Below, piece after piece: positions 1 through 9,091 of a stretch of DNA of 64,000 bases. This stretch comes from Gammaproteobacteria bacterium. GTDB taxonomy: Bacteria > Pseudomonadota > Gammaproteobacteria > SG8-11. The notes beneath the pieces are model-generated. The model saw only the letters and a list, made by a program, of their open reading frames with translations. It had not been told where the DNA came from and made no database searches. The stretch spans positions 5,544-69,543 of the forward strand of contig JANLTU010000203.1 in assembly GCA_031363085.1 (NCBI GenBank). Reading direction: 5' to 3'. Numbering within the stretch: the stretch's first letter is position 1; every line of letters begins with the position of its first letter. Both the position numbers and the translations under genes were made by a program.

Positions 1-61
1 AGCATGCGGAAGCGACAGACAAACACGAATTTATTCCGATCAAGCAGGTAGTGTAAACAAT

Positions 62-135
62 ATTGAATGTTAAAGCGTGAATGTTGAATTCCGGAGCGCG
101 CAGCGCGCGTCAATTCAATATTCAGCATTCAAAAT
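62..135. repeat. REP-like palindromic intergenic element, copy 1 of 3 in window
   Basis: Arm TGAATGTTGAATT (79-91), GC-rich hairpin GCGCGCAGCGCGC, arm AATTCAATATTCA (112-124, one mismatch to the reverse complement). The same architecture recurs at 14011-14080 and 54178-54240. Confidence 0.7.
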
Positions 136-154
136 TAAACATTTGGAGTTATGC

Positions 155-508
155 ATGGGCTGGATTGAAGTCGGCAGTCTTATCGATATTCCCAAACTTG
201 GTGCGCGCGTGGTGCGCACCGCGCAGGGCGACGTGGCGGTGTTTCGTACCGCGAATGATGGCGTATTCGCGCTCGACGACAAGTGCCCGCACAAGGGCGG
301 CCCGTTATCGCAAGGCATCGTGTTCGACAATCGCGTTGCCTGCCCGTTGCATAACTGGGTGATCGATCTAGAACAAGGTTGCGCGACGGGGCCGGATGTC
401 GGCTGCACGCGCAAGCATGAAGTCAAGGTGGAGGGCGGACAGGTGTTTTTGAAGCTGTCCACCGCGAGCAACGTGATGATGTTTGCCGGACAAACGGCGG
501 AAGCATAA
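155..508 (+). CDS. nirD: Nitrite reductase small subunit NirD, Rieske-type
   Basis: ATG at 155 inside ORF 77..508. Sequence MGWIEVGSLIDIP...AVFR... with CPHKGGPL and CPLHNW (CxH and CxxH Rieske ligand pairs both present). About 117 aa, typical NirD size. Confidence 0.85.
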   Translation: MGWIEVGSLIDIPKLGARVVRTAQGDVAVFRTANDGVFALDDKCPHKGGPLSQGIVFDNRVACPLHNWVIDLEQGCATGPDVGCTRKHEVKVEGGQVFLKLSTASNVMMFAGQTAEA

Positions 509-528
509 CTTACGGGGAGGGGATAACG

Positions 529-2712
529 ATGCTGTTCGGGCGCAATAAAAAAAATCCGATCAAGATCGCGGATAAGGGAATTGTCGATTGGAAGTACACC
601 ACTTGCGGCTATTGTTCCACCGGCTGCTCGATCGAAGTCGGCATGAACGCGGAAGGCAAAGCCGTGGGCACGCGCGGGGTCGCGGGCGCCGACGTCAATC
701 GCGGCAAGCTGTGTTTGAAGGGTATTTTCGAGCACGAATTGTTTTACAGCCCGGGGCGCGGCAAAACACCGTTGCTGCGCGAAAAACTGCACGAGCCGTT
801 TTGCGAAACCAATTGGGACACAGCGCTGGATAAAGTCGCCAGCGAGATCAAACGCATTCAAGGTAAATACGGGCGCGATTCCTTCGCCGTGGTGTCCACG
901 GGTCAGATCATGACCGAAGAATTTTACACGCTGGGCAAGCTCACGCGCGGTGTGCTGGGCACTAACAATTACGACGGCAACACCACGCTGTGCATGTCGT
1001 CGGCGGTGTCCGGTTACAAGCGCTCGTTCGGTTCCGATGGGCCGCCAGGTTGTTATGAAGATTTCGAACACACCCAATGCCTCATTGCGTTCGGTTCCAA
1101 TTTGCCTGAGCAGCACCCGATCATTTTCTGGCGCCTGCGCCAAGCTCTGGAAAAACGCAAGTTTCCGGTGATTGTGGTCGACCCGCGCGTCACCATGTTT
1201 GCGCAGATGGCCGACATGCACTTGCCGATCACCCCCGGCACCGATGTGGTGTTGCTGAACAGTTTGGCGCACGTGATTTTGAAAGAAGGCTTGGACCAGC
1301 GCGAATACATCAACGCGCACACCAGCGGCTTCGACGACTACGCCAAGCTGGTTGAGCAATATGATCCGGTGAGCGCCTCGCGCGTCTGCGGCATCGACGA
1401 AGACACCATCCGCAACGTTGCTCGGCTGTATGCGAAGGCGGGCGCGGCGATGAGCATCTGGACCATGGGCATCAACCAGAGCACGCACGGGTCCGATGGC
1501 GTAGTGGCGATCAACAATCTGAATCTGATCACCGGCAACATCGGCAAGCCCGGTGGCACCAGCCTGTCGATCACCGGTCAGTGCAACGCGATGGGTACGC
1601 GCGAGTGGTCATCGTGTTCCGGCTTGCCCGGTTATCGTGCGCTGGAAAAAGATAAGGATCGTGAAGACATCGCCAAGTTCTGGGGCATCGATCCGGAATT
1701 CTTCCCGAAGAAGCGCGGCTTGTTTCAGACGGATATTTTTCCCGCCATCGAAACTGGCCAAATCAAAGGACTGTGGATCATCGCGACCAACCCGATGACC
1801 TCGATGACCAACTCGGCGCGTATCCGCAAGACCTTCGAGAACCTCGAATTTCTGGTGGTGCAAGACTCTTATTCCGATGTCGAGACCAACGAATACAGCC
1901 ATGTTTATTTTCCGGCGGCGGTGTGGGCCGAGAAGCAGGGCTGTTTCACCAACACCGAGCGGCGCGTGAATCTGATTCGCAACGTGATGCCGCCGTATGC
2001 GGATTCAAAGCCGGACTTCTGGATTTTCAACCAAATGGCCAAGCGCTTCGAGGGTGGCAACAAGATCAAATTTCCCGAGACCACCGAAGGGGCCTTCGAA
2101 GAAATGCGCGCGCTTTCCAAGGGACGCATGCTTGACTATTCCGGCATGACCTACGAAAAGCTGGAAAAGCAACGCGGCATTCAATGGCCGTGCAACGAAG
2201 AAACGGCTGCGAACGGCTCGCCGCGCCTGTACACCGACGGTAAATTCCAGCACTACGACGGCAAGGCCAAGCTGATTCCGTTGCCATTTATCGACAATAA
2301 CGAGCGCCCCGACGACGAGTATCCGTTCTGGCTCAACAGCGGCCGCGTGGTCGAACATTTTCATACCCGCACACGCACCGGCAAGATCGGCAACCTGAAC
2401 AAATTCAGTCCCACGCCCTACATGGAAATGAACCCCGACGCCGCGCACGAACTCGGTATCCAACACGGGCGTTACGCGCGCCTCACCTCACGGCGCGGCG
2501 ACGCGGTGGTGATGGTGCAACTGACGCAGCGCGTGCCGCCGAACATGGTGTTCATCCCGTTTCATTTTCACGAGTGCGTAAACCGCTTGACACTGGGCCT
2601 GCTCGATCCGCATTCGCGTCAGCCGGCATTTAAACAAAGCGCAGTGAAAATTGAAGCGGCGACCGATCAACACGCGGCGGCGGTGCGCAATCTGGCGGCA
2701 CGTACCTATTGA
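529..2712 (+). CDS. Molybdopterin (bis-MGD) oxidoreductase catalytic subunit, NasA/NarB-like paralogue, no Tat leader
   Basis: 727 aa. N-terminal CGYCSTGC...C 4Fe-4S motif and TLCMSSAVSGYKRSFG Mo-ligand Cys motif as in assimilatory nitrate reductases. GGAGGGG RBS upstream. No RR leader and no C-terminal 2Fe-2S tail. Confidence 0.8.
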   Translation: MLFGRNKKNPIKIADKGIVDWKYTTCGYCSTGCSIEVGMNAEGKAVGTRGVAGADVNRGKLCLKGIFEHELFYSPGRGKTPLLREKLHEPFCETNWDTALDKVASEIKRIQGKYGRDSFAVVSTGQIMTEEFYTLGKLTRGVLGTNNYDGNTTLCMSSAVSGYKRSFGSDGPPGCYEDFEHTQCLIAFGSNLPEQHPIIFWRLRQALEKRKFPVIVVDPRVTMFAQMADMHLPITPGTDVVLLNSLAHVILKEGLDQREYINAHTSGFDDYAKLVEQYDPVSASRVCGIDEDTIRNVARLYAKAGAAMSIWTMGINQSTHGSDGVVAINNLNLITGNIGKPGGTSLSITGQCNAMGTREWSSCSGLPGYRALEKDKDREDIAKFWGIDPEFFPKKRGLFQTDIFPAIETGQIKGLWIIATNPMTSMTNSARIRKTFENLEFLVVQDSYSDVETNEYSHVYFPAAVWAEKQGCFTNTERRVNLIRNVMPPYADSKPDFWIFNQMAKRFEGGNKIKFPETTEGAFEEMRALSKGRMLDYSGMTYEKLEKQRGIQWPCNEETAANGSPRLYTDGKFQHYDGKAKLIPLPFIDNNERPDDEYPFWLNSGRVVEHFHTRTRTGKIGNLNKFSPTPYMEMNPDAAHELGIQHGRYARLTSRRGDAVVMVQLTQRVPPNMVFIPFHFHECVNRLTLGLLDPHSRQPAFKQSAVKIEAATDQHAAAVRNLAARTY

Positions 2713-2822
2713 TGTGCTGCTAGTAAACCATGAGGTCGGAGCGCCGCCCTCGGCGTGATGGTTTGCGGCGCAGCTTTAAGTTCGACTAAACGGCAATAGA
2801 ACCTCGTTCGGAGAGACCATCC

Positions 2823-4649
2823 ATGTTTCAAGTCCGCACCGATGAACCCGCGTACGCATTCATACCCAATGTGGATACGCCGGCGAACAATTGCTACGGC
2901 AAGTCTATCCAACTGGTGGATATGCGCGACGCGCTCGTTGGCAAGAGCCTCAACATCAACGGCGATGCCGGCATCGGCAGCAATCCCAATCGCTATAAGC
3001 AGCACGGATTTTTTTTCAACGCCGACAACTGCATCGCCTGCCACGCCTGCGAGTCGGCGTGCAGCGAAAAAAATAACTTGCCGCCGCATCTGGCGTTTCG
3101 CTCGGTCGGCTATGTCGAGGGCGGCACCTATCCAGCCTACAAACGTCTGAATATTTCGATGGCGTGTAATCACTGCGACGATCCGGTGTGCTTGAAAGGT
3201 TGCCCCACGCGCGCTTACACCAAGTTCGCCGAATACGGTGCGGTGTTGCAGGACCCCGACATTTGTTTTGGTTGCGGCTATTGCACTTGGGTGTGCCCGT
3301 ACAACGCGCCCCAGCTTGACCCGGTCGCAGGTCACGTACAGAAGTGCAACATGTGTGTGGATCGGCTGGAAGTCGGCCTCAAGCCTGCTTGCGCCTCGGC
3401 CTGCTTGGGTGGCGCACTGGATTTCGGCGTCATCGAAACCACGCCGGAAAATAGCGATCAGTTGCACACCAAAATTCCCGGGTTTCCAACGCCCGACATC
3501 ACGCATCCCAATATCCGCTTTCACCAATCCAAAACTCTGCCGCGCGAAATGACGCGTCCCGACAGCATGCCGTTACGTTACGAGCGCGACGATCAGGGGC
3601 AGGGTCAGTTCAAGACTAAAGTGCGTGAGCTCGACAAGCCGCGCGAATGGAACTTACGCAAGCTGCGCTCGCGTGAAGATCCGCTGGTGATTTTCACCTT
3701 GGTCACGCAGGCGGTGGTGGGCGTGTTCCTGTTGCTGTTTCTCGGGCCGATGTTCGGCCTTGAGGAATTATCCTCCGGCGCGCATCCGGTACTTTATCCG
3801 CTGGTGTTGTTCGCAATGCTGGGTCTGGAATCGGTGGCGTTGTTTTTATCGACCATGCATTTGGGCAAGCCGCATCGTTTCTACCGGGCGTTCAACAATC
3901 TGCGTTACTCGCCGGTGAGTCGCGAGGTGGCCGGCGTCGCCGTGTTCTTCAATCTGCTTGGTGCCTACACGCTGTTGACAGCTTTCCCGAGCCTGTTTAC
4001 GTGGTTGCCGCAAGGCACGAGCGCGTTATTCGGCTGGGGCGCGGCGTTAGCCGGACCGGTGGCACTGTACTTCATGCACCGCATTTACCGCATCCAGGCG
4101 CGGCCGTTCTGGAATCACTGGCAGGTGTTGACCGCGTTTTACGGCAACATGCTGGCGTTGGGTAGTTTGGTCGTGTTGCTGGCGTATGCGGTTGCACTCA
4201 CGGCGCAAGGACAGTCTTTTGCCAATCTTGCGCAGGTGTTGGCGTGGCCGATCATAGCGGGCTTGCTCATGGAAGGCATGGGCTTGTGGTTTCATGCCAG
4301 CGACTTGAATCGTGGCGGAGCAGAAGGGGCGGCATCGCACTACGAACAGCGCACCACCTACGGCAATACTTACATAGCACGCAACGGCGGATTGTTATTG
4401 GGCGTGCTCGCGGTGTTCGCGCTTGCCGCAGTCGGTGCAGACGGCGGAGTGGGTGTGGTCGGATGGTTGCTTGCCGCCGCATTAATTGTCACGACCGCCA
4501 CCGTCGGCCGCGCGTTGTTTTACGTGCTGGTGATTCCCACCACCATGCCCGGCGCGTTTTTCTGGAAGAACCGTGGCTTCCAGGAGCATGCGCGGGCAAC
4601 CGGCTTGGCGAATATGCCGCAGGTCGGCGTGGTGCCGGATCTTCATTAA
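2823..4649 (+). CDS. Fusion protein: DmsB/NrfC-like 4x[4Fe-4S] ferredoxin domain + DmsC-like 8-TM membrane anchor
   Basis: Four Cys clusters (CIACHACESAC; CNHCDDPVCLKGCP; CFGCGYCTWVCP; CNMC...CASAC). A hydrophilic linker is followed by about 8 hydrophobic helices over the last ~320 aa. No twin-arginine motif. Confidence 0.75.
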   Translation: MFQVRTDEPAYAFIPNVDTPANNCYGKSIQLVDMRDALVGKSLNINGDAGIGSNPNRYKQHGFFFNADNCIACHACESACSEKNNLPPHLAFRSVGYVEGGTYPAYKRLNISMACNHCDDPVCLKGCPTRAYTKFAEYGAVLQDPDICFGCGYCTWVCPYNAPQLDPVAGHVQKCNMCVDRLEVGLKPACASACLGGALDFGVIETTPENSDQLHTKIPGFPTPDITHPNIRFHQSKTLPREMTRPDSMPLRYERDDQGQGQFKTKVRELDKPREWNLRKLRSREDPLVIFTLVTQAVVGVFLLLFLGPMFGLEELSSGAHPVLYPLVLFAMLGLESVALFLSTMHLGKPHRFYRAFNNLRYSPVSREVAGVAVFFNLLGAYTLLTAFPSLFTWLPQGTSALFGWGAALAGPVALYFMHRIYRIQARPFWNHWQVLTAFYGNMLALGSLVVLLAYAVALTAQGQSFANLAQVLAWPIIAGLLMEGMGLWFHASDLNRGGAEGAASHYEQRTTYGNTYIARNGGLLLGVLAVFALAAVGADGGVGVVGWLLAAALIVTTATVGRALFYVLVIPTTMPGAFFWKNRGFQEHARATGLANMPQVGVVPDLH

Positions 4650-4686
4650 ATGTTGAAAACAAGGTGGGCGACCCCCACCCGACATT

Positions 4687-7350
4687 ATGAGCTACGGTGA
4701 TGTAAAAACCACTTGTCCGTATTGCGGCGTTGGCTGCGGAGTGATCGCAAGCGTCGCCGCCGACGGTGTGGTGAGCGTGCGCGGCGACCCGGAGCATCCG
4801 GCGAATTTCGGCCGTTTGTGTTCCAAGGGATCGGCCTTGGCTGAAACGCTGGATCTGGACGGGCGGCTGCTTTATCCGGAAATTAATTGTAGGAACGCCG
4901 CCCCTACACGCGTGAGCTGGGATGTCGCGCTCGACCACATCGCGCAAAAATTCCAAAGCATTATCGCCACGCATGGCCCCGACGCCGTGGCCTTCTATGT
5001 TTCCGGCCAGTTGTGCACCGAAGACTACTACGTCGCCAACAAGCTGATGAAGGGTTTCATCGGCGCGGCCAACATCGATACCAATTCGCGTTTGTGCATG
5101 TCATCGGCGGTCGCGGGTTACAAGCGCGCCTTCGGTTCCGACACGGTGCCCTGCGATTATCAAGACCTGGAACTCGCGGATTTGATCGTGCTGGTGGGCG
5201 CCAACATGGCGTGGTGTCATCCGGTGCTTTATCAGCGCATCCGCGCCGCACGCGAGCAGCGTGGCACCAAGATCGTGGTGATCGATCCACGTAAAACTGC
5301 GACCTGCGAGTTTGCCGACCTGCACCTGCCGCTGCAACCCGGCACCGACACGACGCTGTTCAACGGCTTGTTGAATTTTCTGCGTCGTGAAGACTACCTG
5401 GATTTCGCATTTCTGGAAGCTCATACCGAAGGCTTCGCTGCCGCGCTGAATGCGGCACGCGCGTCGTCGCCGACGCTGCCGTCGGTGGCGCAAGCCTGCG
5501 GGCTCGACCCCGCCAGCGTGGCCGAGTTTTACCGGATGTTCGCGCGCAGCACTGCGACGGTGACGCTGTATTCGCAGGGTGTGAATCAATCCAGTGCCGG
5601 TGTTGACAAATGCAACAGCATCATCAATTGCCATCTCGCCACCGGTCGCATCGGTAAACCCGGCGCGGGGCCGTTCTCGATCACCGGTCAGCCGAACGCG
5701 ATGGGCGGGCGCGAGGTGGGCGGATTGGCCAATCAACTTGCCGCGCACATGGACTTCGACGCCACCGCCAACATCGAGCGTGTGGCGCGTTTTTGGAGTG
5801 CGACGAACATCGCGCGCAAGCCAGGACTCAAGGCGGTGGATTTATTCGACGCGATTCACGCCGGCGGTGTCAAAGCGGTTTGGATCGTCGCGACCAATCC
5901 GGCGGTGAGCTTGCCGGATGCGAATAAAGTGCGTGCCGCGCTGCAAAAATGTGAATTCGTGGTGGTGTCCGATTGCGTGCGCGCAACCGACACAACGCAA
6001 TACGCACATGTGCTGTTGCCAGCCGCCGCCTGGGGTGAAAAAGACGGTAGCGTAACCAATTCCGAGCGGCGCATTTCGCGGCAACGGATTTTTTTGGACG
6101 TGCCGGGAGAAGCCAAGCCCGATTGGTGGATGTTTGCACAAGTCGCGCAACGCATGGGCCACGCGCATGCATTTGGCTACGACACGCCGGCGCAAATTTT
6201 TCGTGAGCACGCGCGCTTGTCGGCGTTTGAAAACGAAGACCGGCGCGATTTTAATCTCAGCGGTCTGGCGCAGCTCGACGATGCCGGGTATCGACAATTA
6301 GCGCCGGTGACTTGGCCAGTGCATGCGGCGGAGCCGCAGGCGCCGCGCCTGTTCAGCGACGGAAAATTTTTTACGCCCAACCGCAAAGCACGTTTGATTC
6401 CAATCACGCCGCGTGCGCCCGCGCATGCACCGGATATCGAGTACCCATTAATTCTCAATACCGGGCGGGTGCGCGATCAGTGGCACACCATGACGCGCAC
6501 CGCCAAGGCGCCGCGCTTGAACGCGCACGAAGTGGAGCCCTGCGTCACGCTGCACGCGCGCGATGCACAGCAATGCGGTGTGCGGGACGGCGCGCTTGCG
6601 CACGTCGCCAGCCGGTGGGGCAGCCTGCTGGCGCGCGTGCGGATCAGCGACGAGCAGCGCATGGGCAGCGTGTTCGTGCCGATCCACTGGAACGATCAGT
6701 TCGCGAGCAACGCAACGGTGGATGCGCTGGTCAACCCGGTGGTCGATCCGCTCTCCGGACAACCCGAATCCAAGCACACGCCGGTGCGCGTCACGCCCCA
6801 TGCCGCCGCTTGGTATGGCTTTTTATTGTCGCGACGCTTGCTCGCGGTGCCGCATGTCAACTATTGGGTGCGTGCCAAAGGGCAGGGCTACTACCGCTAC
6901 GAACTCGCCGGCGCTGCCAAGCCCGACGACTGGGCCGACTGGGCGCGTGCATTGCTGTGCCACAGCGACGGCAAAGCAGAGTGGAGCGAGTTCCTCGACA
7001 AGCGTGCCGGACGTTATCGGGCCGCGCGCGTGGTCAATAACCAGTTGGAAAGTTGCCTGTTCGTCGCGCCCGACCCCGCCTTGCCGTCGCGCACCTGGCT
7101 GGCGGGACTGTTCGAACAAGAGCTGCTGTCCGATAGCGCGCGCGCCGGGTTGCTGTCCGGCAAACCGCGTCAAGGCGACAGCGATGCCGGCGAAGTGGTG
7201 TGCGCGTGTTTCGGCGTCGGTGGAAAAACCATCCAGCGTGCGATTGAAAACGGCGCCGACAGCGTGGCGGCACTGGGCGAACAATTGCAAGCGGGCACCA
7301 ACTGCGGATCGTGTATTCCGGAATTGAAAAAAATGTTGTTGCGGGATTAA
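4687..7350 (+). CDS. nasA: Assimilatory nitrate reductase catalytic subunit NasA with C-terminal BFD-like [2Fe-2S] domain
   Basis: 887 aa. CPYCGVGCGV N-terminal cluster and RLCMSSAVAGYKRAFG motif. C-terminal CACFGVGGKTI...GTNCGSCIPELKKML is a BFD-like 2Fe-2S motif. Confidence 0.9.
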   Translation: MSYGDVKTTCPYCGVGCGVIASVAADGVVSVRGDPEHPANFGRLCSKGSALAETLDLDGRLLYPEINCRNAAPTRVSWDVALDHIAQKFQSIIATHGPDAVAFYVSGQLCTEDYYVANKLMKGFIGAANIDTNSRLCMSSAVAGYKRAFGSDTVPCDYQDLELADLIVLVGANMAWCHPVLYQRIRAAREQRGTKIVVIDPRKTATCEFADLHLPLQPGTDTTLFNGLLNFLRREDYLDFAFLEAHTEGFAAALNAARASSPTLPSVAQACGLDPASVAEFYRMFARSTATVTLYSQGVNQSSAGVDKCNSIINCHLATGRIGKPGAGPFSITGQPNAMGGREVGGLANQLAAHMDFDATANIERVARFWSATNIARKPGLKAVDLFDAIHAGGVKAVWIVATNPAVSLPDANKVRAALQKCEFVVVSDCVRATDTTQYAHVLLPAAAWGEKDGSVTNSERRISRQRIFLDVPGEAKPDWWMFAQVAQRMGHAHAFGYDTPAQIFREHARLSAFENEDRRDFNLSGLAQLDDAGYRQLAPVTWPVHAAEPQAPRLFSDGKFFTPNRKARLIPITPRAPAHAPDIEYPLILNTGRVRDQWHTMTRTAKAPRLNAHEVEPCVTLHARDAQQCGVRDGALAHVASRWGSLLARVRISDEQRMGSVFVPIHWNDQFASNATVDALVNPVVDPLSGQPESKHTPVRVTPHAAAWYGFLLSRRLLAVPHVNYWVRAKGQGYYRYELAGAAKPDDWADWARALLCHSDGKAEWSEFLDKRAGRYRAARVVNNQLESCLFVAPDPALPSRTWLAGLFEQELLSDSARAGLLSGKPRQGDSDAGEVVCACFGVGGKTIQRAIENGADSVAALGEQLQAGTNCGSCIPELKKMLLRD

Positions 7351-7384
7351 TGCTGCGGCGCGAAGACTTCACTTGGCCGCAGCA
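7351..7384 (+). terminator. Hairpin immediately after the nasA stop (possible terminator)
   Basis: TGCTGCGGC (7351-7359) pairs with GCCGCAGCA (7376-7384), followed by TATATT. The 16-nt loop is long and the T-tract is weak. Confidence 0.45.
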
Positions 7385-7462
7385 TATATTCCTCTGGAGT
7401 CCACTGCTAAACTCAGCAGCAACGACCTCGCATATTCCGAACGTGTTTGAACGCATAGGCCC

Positions 7463-8526
7463 ATGTCCAAACCAGAATTAGAAAAATTTTACGAAACCCT
7501 CGGCGGTGACGGCGGCCTGCCACTGGAGCCATCCGATCCGTACTACGTTCCCATTTTCGAGCGCATACCAGTCGATTTCAGAATCGTATTGGACGCGCTT
7601 CGTTGCATTCTTGCAGAACACCAAGGTTGAAGTAGAGGGTCTCGAATTCAAGGGCAAGGTTGCCGAGATTGGTGCGAAGCTTGGGTTACAACTTAAGACC
7701 GAACCCACGCTCAAACATCGGCTGCAAGAAGCGCTACGCGGACATGTGACCGGCTTGGTGAGGGACGCGCGCCTTCGTGGTCGAGCTGGTCAGCGCGATA
7801 CGCAAACAAACCGGCGACCCGAACAAAAAAGTCGTTTTGCTGGTCGATTCGGTCGAACAGATTCGCGGTGTTGGCAGCGAGGCGCAGTTAGTCCACGAAA
7901 ATGTTGCAAATCTCTTTGCCGGGCATACGGCCAATCTGCAATTTGATCTCTTGCATGTGGTCTACACGGTGCCGCCGTTTCTTATCCCGCTCGCGCCGAA
8001 AGCCGGGCAAAACTTCAGCGGGAACTCGATTGTTTCGTGGCCGAACATTCACGTGCGCGACCGGACCGGAACCCCCGACGAAAATGGCTTGCGCGTCATG
8101 CGCGATATCATCGGGCGGCGTTACCCGAAGTGGGAAAGCGTTTTTTCTGCGGATCAATTGAACCGGCTCGCAACCTTCTCCGGCGGCGACGTGCGCGATT
8201 ATTTCCGGGAATGCCTGATCACCCTGATGCTGGACGCGGAGCCCGGCGCACAGGTCAACGACGCCACACTTAAGAGCGTGGAAGCGCAGTTGCGCAGCGA
8301 GTTGTTGCCGATTGCGGCGGAAGATGGCCGCTGGCTGGCGCGCATTCAAAAAAATAAAGATGCGGCACTGGAAGCCAATGCGAGTCGACCGGACTTGGCG
8401 CGCTTCCTGGACTCCAACCTGATCATGAATTACCTGAACGGCGAACCGTGGTACGACATCCATCCGCTGCTGGTGGCGGAAGTTGACAAATACGCCGGGC
8501 CCGATGACACCCGCCCCCCGCCTTAA
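7463..8526 (+). pseudogene. Eroded STAND/AAA-type ATPase gene (frame breaks, Walker A segment missing)
   Basis: 55 codons (MSKPELEKFYETLGGDGGLPLEPSDPYYVPIFERIP...) stop at TGA 7628-7630. Coding-like sequence continues in a second frame (VEVEGLEFKGKVAEIG...), then in a third (ORF 7777..8526; VVLLVDSVEQI is Walker-B-like). No GxxxxGK[ST] in any frame. Confidence 0.55.
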
Positions 8527-9091
8527 CCGCGACGGCGAGGCCGTATGGCGGCGCTTCAAACTGCACCTGGAATGGTCGGAGCATTTCGCGCTGGTTTTCA
8601 TTTTTAACGCCGACCCGCGCGTCACCGAGGTTTTCCGCGAGCGCTTGGCGGACATCCACCGTGCCCGCGTCACCCGCATGCGCCGCTTCGAATGTGCTGA
8701 TCCCGCCGAGTTGGCCGACTCGCTGTTGCCCAAATTGTTAACTACCGGCGCCATCACGCTCGACGCGCCGTATTGGGTCGATCTGTCGCTGCATGCCGAA
8801 GCACCTTGGCGCGCTGCGCGGATGAATTTTCTGGCGCGGCTCAACGAACAGCGCGAGTCGCTGCGCCGGCGCCTGCTCAAGGACGTGGGCGAAACCCCCG
8901 CAGCGCTGCGCGACCTGTCGGTGTCGCTGAACGACGTTGGAGGCGTGGCGCAGGCGCTGGCGCGCTGGGACGAGGCACGCACAGCGTATCGCGATGCGTT
9001 GGCCGTCGCCGAGATGCTGGCGCAGGCAATGCCGCAGGACGACGACTATCGAAACCTGCGTGCAAGTTTTGCGCGTTCCCAGCGCTCCTAA
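8483..9091 (+). CDS. Hypothetical protein ending in a single TPR-like unit; probable truncated partner of the upstream ATPase remnant
   Basis: 202-aa ORF overlapping the previous gene's end. The C-terminus LRDLSVSLNDVGGVAQALARWDEARTAYRDALAVAEMLAQ resembles one TPR_12-type repeat, of which STAND-TPR proteins normally have many. Confidence 0.35.
   Translation: MTNTPGPMTPAPRLNRDGEAVWRRFKLHLEWSEHFALVFIFNADPRVTEVFRERLADIHRARVTRMRRFECADPAELADSLLPKLLTTGAITLDAPYWVDLSLHAEAPWRAARMNFLARLNEQRESLRRRLLKDVGETPAALRDLSVSLNDVGGVAQALARWDEARTAYRDALAVAEMLAQAMPQDDDYRNLRASFARSQRS

Noticed and set aside
1-154. Apparent absence of nirB upstream of nirD
   Set aside because: It cannot be concluded. The window starts 154 nt before nirD, and a REP element occupies most of that stretch. 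nirB may lie just beyond position 1.
115-1488. 457-aa ORF on the minus strand opposite nirD and the first molybdoenzyme gene
   Set aside because: It is antisense to two genes with strong family motifs. Its composition is Arg/Ala/Gly-rich, typical of shadow ORFs in GC-rich DNA, and it has no motifs.
7888-8982. 364-aa minus-strand ORF across the STAND/TPR remnant region
   Set aside because: It is a Ser/Arg/Ala-rich low-complexity translation with no recognisable domain. The plus strand carries the recognisable (though broken) coding signal.
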